A stretch of 64,000 bases of DNA, taken from contig MU626300.1 of assembly GCA_025603075.1 (NCBI GenBank), positions 62,001 to 126,000 on the forward strand. Direction: 5' to 3'. The stretch comes from Neoconidiobolus thromboides FSU 785 (Eukaryota; Fungi; Entomophthoromycota). Of this stretch, positions 49,971 to 62,176 are shown one piece after another. The position numbers and the translations under genes are program-made. Below the pieces are notes generated by a model, which searched no databases, was not told the origin of the DNA, and saw nothing but the letters and a program-made list of their open reading frames with translations. Position 1 is the stretch's first letter, and each line of letters opens with the position of its first letter.

Positions 49971-50878
49971 TATATTAAATCAATTTTATTTTTACTTTTT
50001 AATTATAAATGAAAACTATTCTTGTTAGAAAAAATGTTGGAGTTATTTATTTTATTATGAAATCATATTAAATTACTTTCAATTATCCTTCTTGGGATCT
50101 TTTTACATTGTTATTATGTTATTATGCTATTAAATAAACCTTGTCTTAAGCAAATAAGTTTCATAAAAAAATTCCATAAAATATATATTAATTCACATAC
50201 TATATATTGTCCTTTTAATTTTGATTTAAAAATTATACTAAATAATCAAGAAGTGCTTTTACAAGCTAAATAACATTAGAAACTTAATAAGTGATATTAA
50301 ATTCTTAAAAAGGTAATCTCTTTCTAAATAGTTGCCAGTATACTTTAAACTTCAAATATTAAGAGGTAGTGATTAGTCAAGTACTTAGTTTTTTTTGAAT
50401 AGTATAAATTTTTGAAAGTAAATTACTAATTAATTTTAGTAAAATAAGAATCTACTACTGCTTTAATCATACCCTCAATGTTTTTTAACATAACATTTAA
50501 TTCTGTTTTTTTTGGTTGGAATTTAATTTAATGTAAAACTAAATCTACTTTTTAAAATGAAAACCAAGTGTGTCTGTCTGATTGTTGTCATCCATTGAAC
50601 TTTATATTGATATTACTCCTTAATAACAAAAATTATTTGATTACTTCTATTTGTCAGATTGATTATCCACCTTTAAATTACTAATAAACAAAATCAACAG
50701 TTCATTTTTATTACCTTTTAAAGTAAATAGAAAGTAACTAATATTTATATTATAAAGGATAGCACTTAAAGAAGATTAAAAAATTCTAAATCAATTTTTA
50801 AATCTGTTTATAGTCAATCTTATTCCATTTAGCTAAATCTATCCGCTTACTTTTGTGTCGCTTAAAATTTCACTAAAT

Positions 50879-50975
50879 GAGGCTGTATTTTTATGTTAAG
50901 AATTTTACTAACAATTTTTCTGCTCAAATAACACTTAAAGGATAGAAAAAGTGACAAGGCCAAAAAAATACCCTC
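50879..50975 (+). mobile_element. MITE copy O
   Basis: GAGGCTG...TACCCTC; flanks AAAT/ATTT. Confidence 0.8.
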
Positions 50976-51000
50976 ATTTAATGTAAGATTAACTCTATAT

Positions 51001-51100
51001 GGGAATGTATTTTTTATATTTAAGAATTTTACTAGCAAATTTTCCACTTAGATAGTGCTTAAAAAATGGAAAAAGTAATGAAGTCAAAAAAAACATCCCC
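51001..51100 (+). mobile_element. MITE copy P
   Basis: GGGAATG...CATCCCC; ATAT/ATGT flanks. Confidence 0.87.
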
Positions 51101-51485
51101 ATGTTTTGATGTTACTTTATTAAATTAATAAAATTCAACTTTTATCTTATTATAGTTTATAATTTTGAGTAAATGTTGACATTTAATTTTGTTATTTTCA
51201 ACTTCAAAAGAAAAAAGTTATATAATTAATCTATTTTATATTTTATAATCATCATTACCAATAGAAAGATTTGGATTAATAAACAGTAAACAAGAAATAG
51301 ATAAACAAAAATCATCAAGTATTCAAATAATAACTTTTATTTTATTTAATTAACTTAATTTAACAAACGATTCGTTTTAAGAGCATTTCTTTCACTTTAA
51401 ATTCTATTTAGTTTTTAATAATTTAAAATATTCTTGTCTTTTACCTTATAATAAATACTGTATACTTAATTCCAAGAAACTTGAC

Positions 51486-53260
51486 TTATTTTTTAATTAT
51501 TGGATCTAGTTGATCTAAAATAGAATTATCTATATCAAAATCCTCATCGGAATCTAGCTCGATTCTGATAGTAGAAGGTATACGTGGTAATAAATTACTA
51601 TTATTATTAATATCTATATTGATTATAGAAGGTGTATTATTTAATAAACTGTTTTCTTTACTATTATTAATACTGTTACTATTTAATTCCATTCTTACAG
51701 TAGATGAAGTATCTTGTAATGAACTAGTATTATTACTTAAATTACTATTATTTTTATTCAATTGATTTAAGCTATTATTATTATTATTATTATCTATAAT
51801 AGAATCTCTGATTTCAATAATTTCATTCTTAGTTGGATTCATTTGAACAATGGGTAAATCATTTTTAGTTAAATCTACTGCAATTTTTGGTTTTTTTATA
51901 AATTCAGGTTGAGATCCACATTTGATTATACTATTAGGTATAAACACATCTGAGTCATCACTCGATATTAATAATATACTACTTTCTATTAAATATATTA
52001 ATTTAATTTTATTACTCTATTATTATGATTATTAATCAACTTACCATCCATCGCCTGATTTTTATTTACATTATCTTAAAATAAAAATAATTAAAACACA
52101 ATAAATAGTTAGTAATAAATACTTACTATTCTTTATTCCATTATTATTGTCTATTATCCTTATATCACTTTCATCAATATCAATACTTTTAAGTGGAGCA
52201 TTAATAATCAAATTCGATTTACTTCTTTTCTCTCCTTGTTTTTTAGCTTTATATTCTTGATCTAATTTATCAAAGAATTCAGGATCCAAATCATCACTAC
52301 TTAAAGATAAATCTATATTATTGCTGTTATTCGCTATTAATATTTGATTATTCATTTGGTTCTTCCGATCTCCCTGAAAATGATTCTTCTGTTGATGATG
52401 ATTATTATCATTACATATTTGTTGTCCGTTCCTACTATTATTCACTGCTTGTCTATTAATTATAATATTCTGTAAGCTATCTCCACTAGTATTAAATTGG
52501 TGGTTCTTATTCACATTAACCTTTCTTTGATTTCTGCTAAAATCATTCCCTTGTTCTCCACTTTTCTTCAATCTATCTTCAACAATTTTTCTTAATTCCA
52601 TTTCCAATCTCCCCTTTAAACTAATTTGATTAAATTCCTCCACCCATCCCCCTAACAATGTAAAATTTTCTGGTTTTAACATTAAACATCCTCTTTGTAC
52701 TACTACTTCTTTTAGTAATATCTAACAAATTAATTTAATTATTTACTCGTTCTAAATTTCGATGCTAAATTCCTTACCTTTGCTCCCAATAGTGTATCTG
52801 TGGAAATAGCCTTAATTGGTTTATATTCCAATGCATATAATTCATGAATTCCATCCGATAATACTAATTTTAATGTTCTTATTGATTTAATATTTCTATT
52901 CATTCCAACTTTACCCTTCCCTTTCTCAAAATTACTACCCTCTTCCTCCTCCATTTCCATACCATTAATAACATCCAATTGTTTCATCTTACTTTTACTT
53001 ATATCCATTATATCCTTTATTTGAAATACTCTACAATCTTTAAATAATATATCCGATTTAATTTTGCCTATTAATTTAGTTCCCCATCGTTTTAAAAATT
53101 CAGTATCTAAAGGTAATGTTGTAACTTTTAAATCCGAATTTAAAAATTGTTGATAAATGGTATTTTGATTTAAATTCAAACTAAGTTGATAAGATAACCA
53201 AGTGGGCTGTAAATTAATACCGGAAGTTTGGAATTCTTGTTGTACTTCTTCGAAACTCAT
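51486..53260 (-). CDS. RMI1: RMI1-like protein (N-terminal helical + OB fold, Asn-rich low-complexity tail), 4 exons
   Basis: FLNSDL, FQIKDIMDISKS, RTLKLVLSDG...ALEYKPI...TLLGAK|ILL...VQRGCLMLKPENFTLLGG.VEE; a 30-nt micro-exon at 52075-52046 keeps the frame. Confidence 0.85.
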
Positions 53261-53615
53261 AAAAAGACTAAAAAATAAAATACAACTTGATTATTTGATT
53301 GTGATGTTTTGGACATGCTCCGAAAATTGCAAAAATTAAGCTTAAAAGTTGCAATTTCTGTAATTAAAGGATGCTAAATTAAAATTACAAATAGATGCTT
53401 AAAATAGCAAGTTAGATCCTAGCTAATTTAACAAAAAATATACCCACTTTAACTATCCATTTCAAAGCCAAATTAAAATATCAAGTATTTTATTAATTTT
53501 GTTACATTAATTATTTGATATAAAATTTAGCTAGTCTTAGATCTTTTCCTTAGATTTGAGTATTTCTCTATTTTTTAAACATTAAATATTACTAAGATAT
53601 ATCATAATTGAACAA

Positions 53616-53687
53616 TTCTTCATGGTCCAGTGGTTAGGATTTTCCGCTTTCACCGGAACGGCCGGGGTTCGATTCCCCGTGAGGAAG
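53616..53687 (+). tRNA. tRNA-Glu(UUC), intronless
   Basis: Acceptor stem TTCTTCA/TGAGGAA, anticodon stem TTCCG/CGGAA with TTC at 53649-53651, T-loop GGTTCGATTCC, downstream T-run near 53709. Confidence 0.97.
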
Positions 53688-55210
53688 TAAAAATTTTCAA
53701 TTGATTTCTTTTTTTACAAGATAATACCAATCTCTTTACATAATATTTTTTTAACTTTAATTTTGATATGATTAATATGGTTAATGTTTTGATTCATTAA
53801 ATGGAAAATGTCACTAAAAATATGTTAGCTTATACTACTATTCAAAGTATCAAACAAAAACAATATTGTATGTTTATTTTAGCTATTTGGTGTTTTAATT
53901 TAAATTCCAATACCTCTGTATACCTACTTTATTAATAACTCTCTTACAATTCGTTGAAAAGCATTGAACACCACTGTTTATATCATTTTAAAAGTGGTAG
54001 TTCAATTCTATTATCTTCAATAGGTACATTTTTTATATATTGTGAATTCACTGAAGTGGAAAAATGTAATGATGTGGAATATTTACCTAATTAATAGCTA
54101 TATTTTTTATGGTTACTAGCAATTAGGCAACTATTCTATGACATCACACCCCATTCTATTGAATCCATCTATATGATATTAGATTGGTTTCTACATATTG
54201 GAAATTTTTCATGCACGCAAAATAATGGAAGTTACTGGTTGTAGCAGCAAATATCTTTGATCATTAAAGATAATATTTACTCCAATCTTAATATTTTACA
54301 TTGTTACAATCATTGTTTGGATGCTTTTTTATTCTCATGGAAATTCTAGAAACCTAAAAACTAATTTAATATAATTGACAATTAGCGTTGACCCGAAAAT
54401 TTACTAATTTGCTAATCTCCACAAGTTATTATAAAAGACAGAACGGCATAGTATTGATATCAGTTGTCTTTAAGGTTGTTTTGAGGGGTGCTAGTATGTC
54501 GGATAGTATTACCTTAAGCCTTATTTATATTAGAATCCCGAAAGTCAGTCATTATATAGTTATATTTTTTGCATTTTCATATCATTTGAACATAAATTAC
54601 CTTTTTTAAGTATTTTATTAACTTGCATAATTAAAGGGATTTCCAAACTAATAAATAAAGTTTATAGTTAATTTAAATGATTTCTGATTTACTTTGCAGT
54701 AGTTTTAATATTCAGATATCATTTAACTCTTAACTTAAACCCTAGTCTTTATGTTTCAACTTACTTTAAGCTAAATATTTACCCTCAATAAAGAATTAAG
54801 TAAGCCGCAATTCACCTGAGCTATAGGTAAATATTAATTTAAATTAGTTTGCTTGAATTTGATATTTTATATCAAGATTATGCATTCATGCTAATATAAC
54901 TATACATAACTCGTAATGTATGAATTCTATATAAATTTATAGCTTATTATAGCTTATTTTATTAATCAATTGTTAATTACCTTTTTAGTTACTTTTTATA
55001 AATTTGCAAGGAATTAAAACAATATAAAACAGTTATGAATGAACCATATTGATGGTATAGTATAAACCGCTGGAAATTGTGCATACATTTTTAATATGCT
55101 ATCTCCTAAAAACTACTTAACAAAGTTCTAACATGATTAAATTAATAGTACGATTTTATACTTTATTTGAAAAATGATTCATAAAAATAAGGTTAGAAAA
55201 AAAAATAGAA

Positions 55211-55741
55211 CTACAATAATAAATAACTCAAGCTCATCCTTGTCGTATGTTTGGCCGAAGAAGAATGTAAAGGAGAGATAGCATGATCTGTTGCATTAGA
55301 GTTTGTTTCAAAATTACTTTGTGATAGTAAGGAAGGAGAAGAATTCAAATTATTACTGTTGATTTCGGATGATAAACTTGAGTAAAGCTTTAAGAAATAA
55401 GATGGTTCAATAGTACTTATCCATTGAAGTCCAGTATTTATTGGTATTAGCTTTGTCTTTTTCTTATCTCTAGATCGTCGATTTTGAAACCAAATTTGAA
55501 ATTCTCTTGGATCCATTTGTAACTGCTGTGATATCTGTTTTCTAGCATCTTTACAAGGATATGGGTTAAGTTTATAGATTGATTCTAATACCTTACGTCT
55601 CTCTTCTCTCAAAATTTCTCTGATATTTGTTCTTTTGCTATTATTAATATCTTTACGATCCTTCTTTCTATTGCTATTACTATTAAGGATGGATGAAAAA
55701 CTACAAGCGTAAGCTTTATAACTTTTGGTTGATTGTATCAT
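55211..55741 (-). CDS. Homeodomain transcription factor 2 (intronless; first ATG at 55741)
   Basis: RRKVLESIY..NPYP...RKQISQQLQMDPREFQIWFQNRRSR. The ORF-track start at 55834 is a TTG upstream of a TATA-like box. Confidence 0.88.
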   Translation of the reverse strand: MIQSTKSYKAYACSFSSILNSNSNRKKDRKDINNSKRTNIREILREERRKVLESIYKLNPYPCKDARKQISQQLQMDPREFQIWFQNRRSRDKKKTKLIPINTGLQWISTIEPSYFLKLYSSLSSEINSNNLNSSPSLLSQSNFETNSNATDHAISPLHSSSAKHTTRMSLSYLLL

Positions 55742-56627
55742 ATCCTGTGATGAATAAATAATAAAGATAATGTTTTTTTTAAAAGTGGATCTTATTTTTG
55801 AACTTAATTTATATACTTTTCTTAAGAATCCCAATTAATAATAAATCATTTTATATCATAGTTTGCTTTTAGGTAACAAGGTGGTGGCAACTAGAATTCT
55901 TATTTGGGCTAAAAATAGACAAAGATTCTATTACGTGGGAGTGTTTAATTTTACACTACTAGGTTATTGTTTTCAAAGTGAACAACTATTTATTATCTTA
56001 AAATTTTGACTTTATTATTAATTCTTTTTATCTCTTGATTTGTAATTGCAAATAGTTATTTAATAATATTACTTTTATTTGAAGTTAATATTAAAGTAGG
56101 CTTTATAAAATTACATCTATTCATAACATATTTTAAAGTCCTTTGAGATCTTTAATAACGTAAATATTGTGTTATAAAATTGTTATCATAAAGAAATAAC
56201 TTTTATTTTATTTATTTTATTTTATTTTATCAATTTAATCTTAGTTTACTATTCGTGATATAAATGTTGAGCAATTTTAGATATTTATGCAGGTTCAATA
56301 ATCGATGGGTGTTTAACCTTTTGACCAGTAAAGGTAATCTGTATTACATTCTTAATATAACAATTTAATATCAATATCAATGAGTTACCCAAATAAAGCG
56401 ATTAACGAGTGACTACATGATAACAAAACTAATATTTAAAAAGTATGGGATAAAAAATTGTTTCATTTGGTTATATAAAAAAGCAATGATTTAGTTTTTA
56501 TAATTAGGTAAAGGAACTATTTTTGCTATACTTACAATAAATTAAGCTATTATTTAAAACATTTTAATATTTTATATTATCTCAATATTGTTTTTTTTAT
56601 AAATTTTGAAAATAATATAGTTTATAT

Positions 56628-56726
56628 GAGTATGCTTTTTTTACCTTCATTACTTTCTCCATCTTTTAAACACTGTTTGAGCGGAAAAATCATTAGCAAA
56701 ATTCTTAAACATAAAAATACATCCCC
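56628..56726 (-). mobile_element. MITE copy Q
   Basis: GAGTATG...CATCCCC; ATAT/GTAT flanks. Confidence 0.83.
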
Positions 56727-57315
56727 GTATTATAAATGATTGTGACTACTTTTTATTATCCAAACATGAGATTATGTGAAAATCAATTTTACTTATATAT
56801 TAAGAATTGCATTAATATTTACTATTGTAAATAGAAAATTATATATAACAAGAAGAATAAAAAGCAATATAGTGAATATTATTTTTGAATTATAAAACCA
56901 AAAGCTATTATATTATGACTTATATATTCCAAACTACATCTTTATCCGAATCATTTGAGCTAAAAAAACTATGATTCAACAATCATAATTTTTAGAAAAA
57001 TGTATTGCAAAAAATCGTTTAAGTTCAAATATGCGCTCTATTGCTAATAATTTTAATGCTTAATAATTTATGCTTTAGACATAACTATAATATGAAATCC
57101 AGATTTAAATGTAAGATACGCTTAAATTTAAATTTTTGTAAATCAACTGCAGTTATTTCATATAAATAAATTAAAGTAGAATGTCGCTTATTTTATAGTA
57201 TTATGAGTTAATATATATATCCTGTTTAAACTGGAAGAGGTGATTTTATGATTAAAATTTTGTATTTAGTGTAATTAGTCTATAATTCCACTTTTAGAGT
57301 AAAAAAATATGATTT

Positions 57316-57413
57316 AGAGACATATTTTTTTGTTTAAAAATTTTACTGACAACCTTTCTGCTCAAATAGCGCTTAAAAAAAGAAAAAAGTAATGAAACCA
57401 AAAAAAAATCCCC
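57316..57413 (+). mobile_element. MITE copy R
   Basis: AGAGACA...AATCCCC; ATTT/AATT flanks. Confidence 0.8.
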
Positions 57414-57421
57414 AATTACTA

Positions 57422-57459
57422 TATTAACATAGCTTACTTTATTAACATAGCTTACTTTC
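57422..57459. repeat. Perfect 19-bp tandem duplication next to MITE R
   Basis: TATTAACATAGCTTACTTT x2. Confidence 0.9.
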
Positions 57460-57959
57460 GAGTTCACTGGGCTTTTTTTATTTGATACTGCCAATAAATT
57501 GTTTGCCTTTTCTTAATATAGAAAAAACAAATAAATAATACCAAAAAAGGCATCCCCATCCAACTATGTTTATGACTGCATATTTCATGATATCGTCTCA
57601 AAACTTTTAATTATCTGTTTAGGAATCTAGATAAATGACATGTACTTAATATGTTTTTAATTTGAAGAAGCTATGCTAATGGCATAGACTAACAAGGTTA
57701 AGATTTTGTTTTCAAAGATAACATCTAAGTAACAAAGGTTGTAAGCAAATTTTATCCAGTATAGATACATAATTTTAACAAAGTATTTTTATGTGAAAAT
57801 AGCTTTTACTTTCATACATAATAAAATATTCTATTATAACCAATAATAGCCTTATTTCTGCTTAGAAATATTAGATTGCTTTAGAAAATATCTAATATTA
57901 AATACCCTGACGACTGGGTAGCTTAATTTTAACCATCCCCAAACTTTAATAAAGAATAT

Positions 57960-58058
57960 GGGAGTGTTTTTTTTGACTTCATTGTTTTTTCCACTTTTTA
58001 AGCGCTATTTAAGTAGAAAGATTATTAACAAAATTCTTAAACACAAAAATACATCCCC
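57960..58058 (-). mobile_element. MITE copy S
   Basis: GGGAGTG...CATCCCC; ATAT/ATAT flanks. Confidence 0.88.
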
Positions 58059-58886
58059 ATATGTAGCTTAAATCTCAAAAACTGTTTGGTTCAGATACTT
58101 TCCATTTATATTATTTTAATGACCTCTGGTATTAGTATTATTAAAACATGTTGATTTTAAAACTATTCTTTGGATATCAATATTAGCAGTATCCATATCT
58201 TTATTATACAATCAGTTATTCATACAAACCAGTTGTCTACTTATTTATAATAATCAAACCCATTATAGGCTTTTAGAATACATCAATAAGGGATTGAGTA
58301 AATACGGTATAAATTAACCGCCGAATTTATACACTAAATATTTATTACAAAGTTTAAAAGATTCCAATTAACTAGTAATTTTATTTATAAGCTGTTATTG
58401 AATTATATGGCAGGGCTCCCGATAATCTCAAGATCTTTAATAAATATTCTTATTTTTAACTGTGGCTGCCAATTTTTATATAGTTTATTCGGGTATTAAG
58501 GGAAAGTAAAGCTTTCATTATATTAATTAATCTTGGCTCTATGGTCTTAGAGGTTTATTGAGTTTGATCTACAATAAATATGTCATACATTCAGATATAG
58601 AAAATTATAATGGTACTTTGATATAGTATTACTTTTTGTTTAAAATATCAATTATGTGTATTTTCTACTAAATAATAGGTGTAACCATATTGAAAGAAAT
58701 AACCAATTATTAAAGAAAGTCAGATAATAATGATTGTGTAATTAGCTAAGCGTAATTGAATAAAATTGTATATATTAGTGAATCAAACCAGAGGTTTTAG
58801 TTTGTGAGTCTAGATGAGACAAATAATCCATATGTAGTAATAGCTAAACGAAAATAATACATATTATTTATTACAGATAAATATAT

Positions 58887-58976
58887 GGGGATGTTTTTTT
58901 TTAAGAATTTTACTAACAATCTTTCCACTCAAATAGCGCTTAAAAAATGGAAAAAGTAATGAAATCAAAACAACCC
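58887..58976 (+). mobile_element. MITE copy T (short deletions near both ends)
   Basis: GGGGATG...CAACCC; ATAT/ATAT flanks. Confidence 0.85.
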
Positions 58977-59879
58977 ATATAGTACAATTTTGTAAATTTC
59001 GTTGTAACCTAATGATTTAATGTTTTTTAGAATATTTGAAATTAAGGTTGATCGCCGGGCTATATGTATATTATTAATACCACCTTCGAAATCTATAGAC
59101 AGTGCAGTTATTATTAAGGTCCCTAATGCCAAGGAAAGTTAATAACCATTATTTGACGGATACTTGGACTCAATGTGTGTGGAATTAGATTAGATTAGGT
59201 TAACTACAATCTAAATTAAAATTATGTCATATAATTCTGTTGTTTTTACAAGGCTTATTCTCAGAAATTTAAAAAAACACCATAAATATGATGTTATTTG
59301 CCCTTATTAATTACGTTTGTTAAAATCTATAGATTTAAGTTCTTGTGAGAGCCGGAGTCCTTAAATGATTATTTTATCAAACAAGGAAAATTATTATAAT
59401 GATGAAAGGGCCATAGAAGGAAAGTTACTTTATCTAAGTATTAATATGGTATTTTCAATAAATTACGTATATTTGATTTTTTTTTATCTTTAAACTTTAC
59501 TAAAATAATTGACTATACAGCAACTGAGTTTTACTCAGAATTTCTACCAAATTGATTTTAAAAATCCTCGCTTTTTGCTAAAACCCTGAAAAGCTGATAG
59601 ATCTCAAATATCTTTATTACTGGTAGTTAAAAAATTATGAGAAAACAGATAGAAGTAGGAGGGTGCAGAAAAGTGCAGAAATTAGTCTAAGTTTTGGAGA
59701 GAGGTGCTAACAAAGAACGATCAACTTCTGGTATGAAAAAGGGGCAAGGTGCTGAGAAATACTCATATTGGTATAAAACAATCCAGACATAAGAAAGATG
59801 CAAGTGTGAAGGGTTGAGGCAAACTCACATTTCTTCAAGGATTTGTATACAGTGGGACTGTTTTAGCTGAGATGGATTT

Positions 59880-60480
59880 TGACTAACTATTCATATAGGG
59901 ATAAAAACAGGTGTTTCAAATCAGTGTAATAATACAAACTATTACAAAGATTATCTTTACATAGTGCACATTTCAATCAAAATAGCCTTACAAAAAAAAC
60001 TTGAGTTCAAAGATCCACATAGAATTTGACTCTAAGAGTAAGTCTCTACAAATTAAAAAACCTGGTTTTGGCATAAAAAAAGAGCTTAATGTTGGATTTC
60101 CAAAATAGGAATTCAGAGATAACTTTAATTCAAGAATGGAATTGAAAATTGCTCACTTTACAAAACTTAAGTAATAACCCTATTACAAAAAAGTCGTGCC
60201 CTATTAACTAAAGGTTGAAGATAATTGAAGGTAATAGAAGAAACAATAGAATTAAGTGGGGTTTGGGATCGCATTTTAAGTTGAAACTTAGATATTTGAA
60301 ACATAATAGTTTTGATTACAATTGAAAGTTGGTTTTAAGGTTTTAAAAGGACAGAGAATGAGTTAATGGTCTTATTTAAAGACAAGTTAGAATCGCATCA
60401 AGCCTAATCCCATATTAAGGAAAGGCATTAAATTGACAAAATTAGGATTAAATGGAGCTTTAACTCAGATTAAGGAAAGC
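59880..60480 (-). mobile_element. Possible decayed non-LTR retrotransposon (LINE) 3' fragment
   Basis: Stop-riddled frames contain LI*...MPFLNMGLGL (resembling post-RT W...P...GGLGL) and FW...KTRFFNL*RL...CALC...TDLKHLFL (resembling the C-terminal zinc knuckle). Confidence 0.35.
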
Positions 60481-60963
60481 TATAAACTAAGAAAAAAACA
60501 GATTTAATTTAAGCCATTCTGTTCAATTTAGAGTTTTCAAGTTTGAATGGTACTAGTAAACGTTTTAATTTTTGGTTGATCCTAAAAGTATTTTATAAAA
60601 TACTTTGTCATATCATGAGTATATTTTTGCATAAACAAAGTTCAACAATTTAATTATGGTCTATTTCTTTAATTCTATAAAAGCAGTGATTTTTTATATT
60701 ACATATTATTAAATGTATATTACTATTTACTCACTTAAATAAACACATATTTGAAGGACAGTGATTGCGTTATTTATTACGTTGAAGCCTAAACGAGTTT
60801 TATAGCTAATATCATTAAATCATATTTTAGTTTTAGCCATTTTCTATAAAAAAGAGAAATTATCTGGATCATCAATAAGTGTTCAATCTACTAAAGTATA
60901 TATACTATTAAAAATCTAAGAAAATCAAAATCAAAATTGTACCTTTATTTTTATATTTCACTA

Positions 60964-62046
60964 ATGACTATCGAATCAACTTTATTTAATAATCAAAGAG
61001 AGTTTATTTTAAAGAAGGCAACAACGAAACAGCGAATACAAATCTGGAAGAATTGCTATCAAACGTGGGGCTATGGGATGAATGAAAAGGACTATTTAAA
61101 ATTAGAGAAAAAGATAAGTAATTCCTCATACAGTATAAAAAATTTAGAATATTATGTATTACAAACAGCACAATGCAATAACGAAATTAATTTTTTAACA
61201 CAATTAGAAACAATAAAACGACAAACTTATTATCATCACCCTATTCACGGATTTAAAGTCATTGATTTATTATATATTGCTTCAATTATAACCCCAGAGC
61301 ATTTAAGGGGTTTAGGTTACGCTAGTAAAGCGTTTGAGTTATTATTGCCTCAATTAACAAAAATGGGCTGTTTTGGTAGTATATTATACTCGGATATTGG
61401 TAATTTCTATGAACGATATGGATATAAATTATATTCTCCTTATCAATTAGAAATAACATGTAGTGATAATAATAAATTGATAATACTAAATAAGAATATT
61501 CATTTTTTAAATCAAACTCAAGTAATTAAATTATGTGAATGGGACAGCTTAAAGTTAGCTACGAATATTAAAAATATGAATAAATCTCAGTTACCTGAAG
61601 CTGGATTATTTGCTGTTGTACCGAGTATTGATAATTATATTGGGCATTGGGAGACTTGTAAATTACAAGCAAAGAATAAAAAGGTGCCATTACCTCAATA
61701 TTATGCTGCTATGCATCAGCCCACTACATCTACGGATAACATTCAATTTCTAATATGGACATACGATTTTCTTTTAAATCAATTAATCGTTTTAAGACAT
61801 CGTTTAATTGATGATCATGCCTCTGATCTTTTATATCATGCTTTATATATAGCTAATCGATTTAATATGAATAAACTGGTTGCTTGGAACCTCCCACTTG
61901 AGTTAATTAGAAACAGTTCGTTAATAAATGAAGCTACTTGGATTAAAAGGAAAGAAATTTCTCTGCCCTACGCTATATTTCCGGATTTGAATCAAAAAGA
62001 CCATCAACCACATTGGTGTGAAGTTCAAAAGTATACTTGGTTTTAA
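60964..62046 (+). CDS. GNAT acetyltransferase, LYC1-like, paralog 3 (intronless; first ATG at 60964)
   Basis: IASIITPEHLRGLGYASK, SILYSDIGNFYERYGY, FLIWTYDF, SLPYA. Confidence 0.85.
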   Translation: MTIESTLFNNQREFILKKATTKQRIQIWKNCYQTWGYGMNEKDYLKLEKKISNSSYSIKNLEYYVLQTAQCNNEINFLTQLETIKRQTYYHHPIHGFKVIDLLYIASIITPEHLRGLGYASKAFELLLPQLTKMGCFGSILYSDIGNFYERYGYKLYSPYQLEITCSDNNKLIILNKNIHFLNQTQVIKLCEWDSLKLATNIKNMNKSQLPEAGLFAVVPSIDNYIGHWETCKLQAKNKKVPLPQYYAAMHQPTTSTDNIQFLIWTYDFLLNQLIVLRHRLIDDHASDLLYHALYIANRFNMNKLVAWNLPLELIRNSSLINEATWIKRKEISLPYAIFPDLNQKDHQPHWCEVQKYTWF

Positions 62047-62176
62047 TATTTATGTGTTTTTTTAAGTTTTTAGATGTTAAATAACAAACTAATAAATGTG
62101 ATAAAGGTTAAATAAAATAATATATGATTAAGTTTTAATAAGTTAATATAATTTTAATATATAAAATAAATAAGAT

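Noticed and set aside
53963-54006. 13-bp-stem hairpin (ATTGAAC-ACCACT / AGTGGT-A-GTTCAAT) downstream of the tRNA
   Set aside because: Single copy with no other support; expected occasionally by chance.
6185-57494. Short ORFs 6185-6394, 6960-7226, 16861-17043, 50862-51047 and 57294-57494 sharing similar peptide text
   Set aside because: They are translations of MITE copies, not a protein family.
58120-58320. About 60-codon hydrophobic open frame without a start (similar fragments near 19300-19460 and 54110-54350)
   Set aside because: These could be decayed membrane-protein genes, but there is no recognisable motif or consistent splice chain.
6354-58976. Reading the repeats as Tc1/mariner MITEs with a TA TSD, or as a CRISPR-like array
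   Set aside because: Copies C, I, K, L and M lack TA on both sides but have 4-bp direct repeats. The copies are dispersed in both orientations without regular spacers, in a eukaryotic genome.
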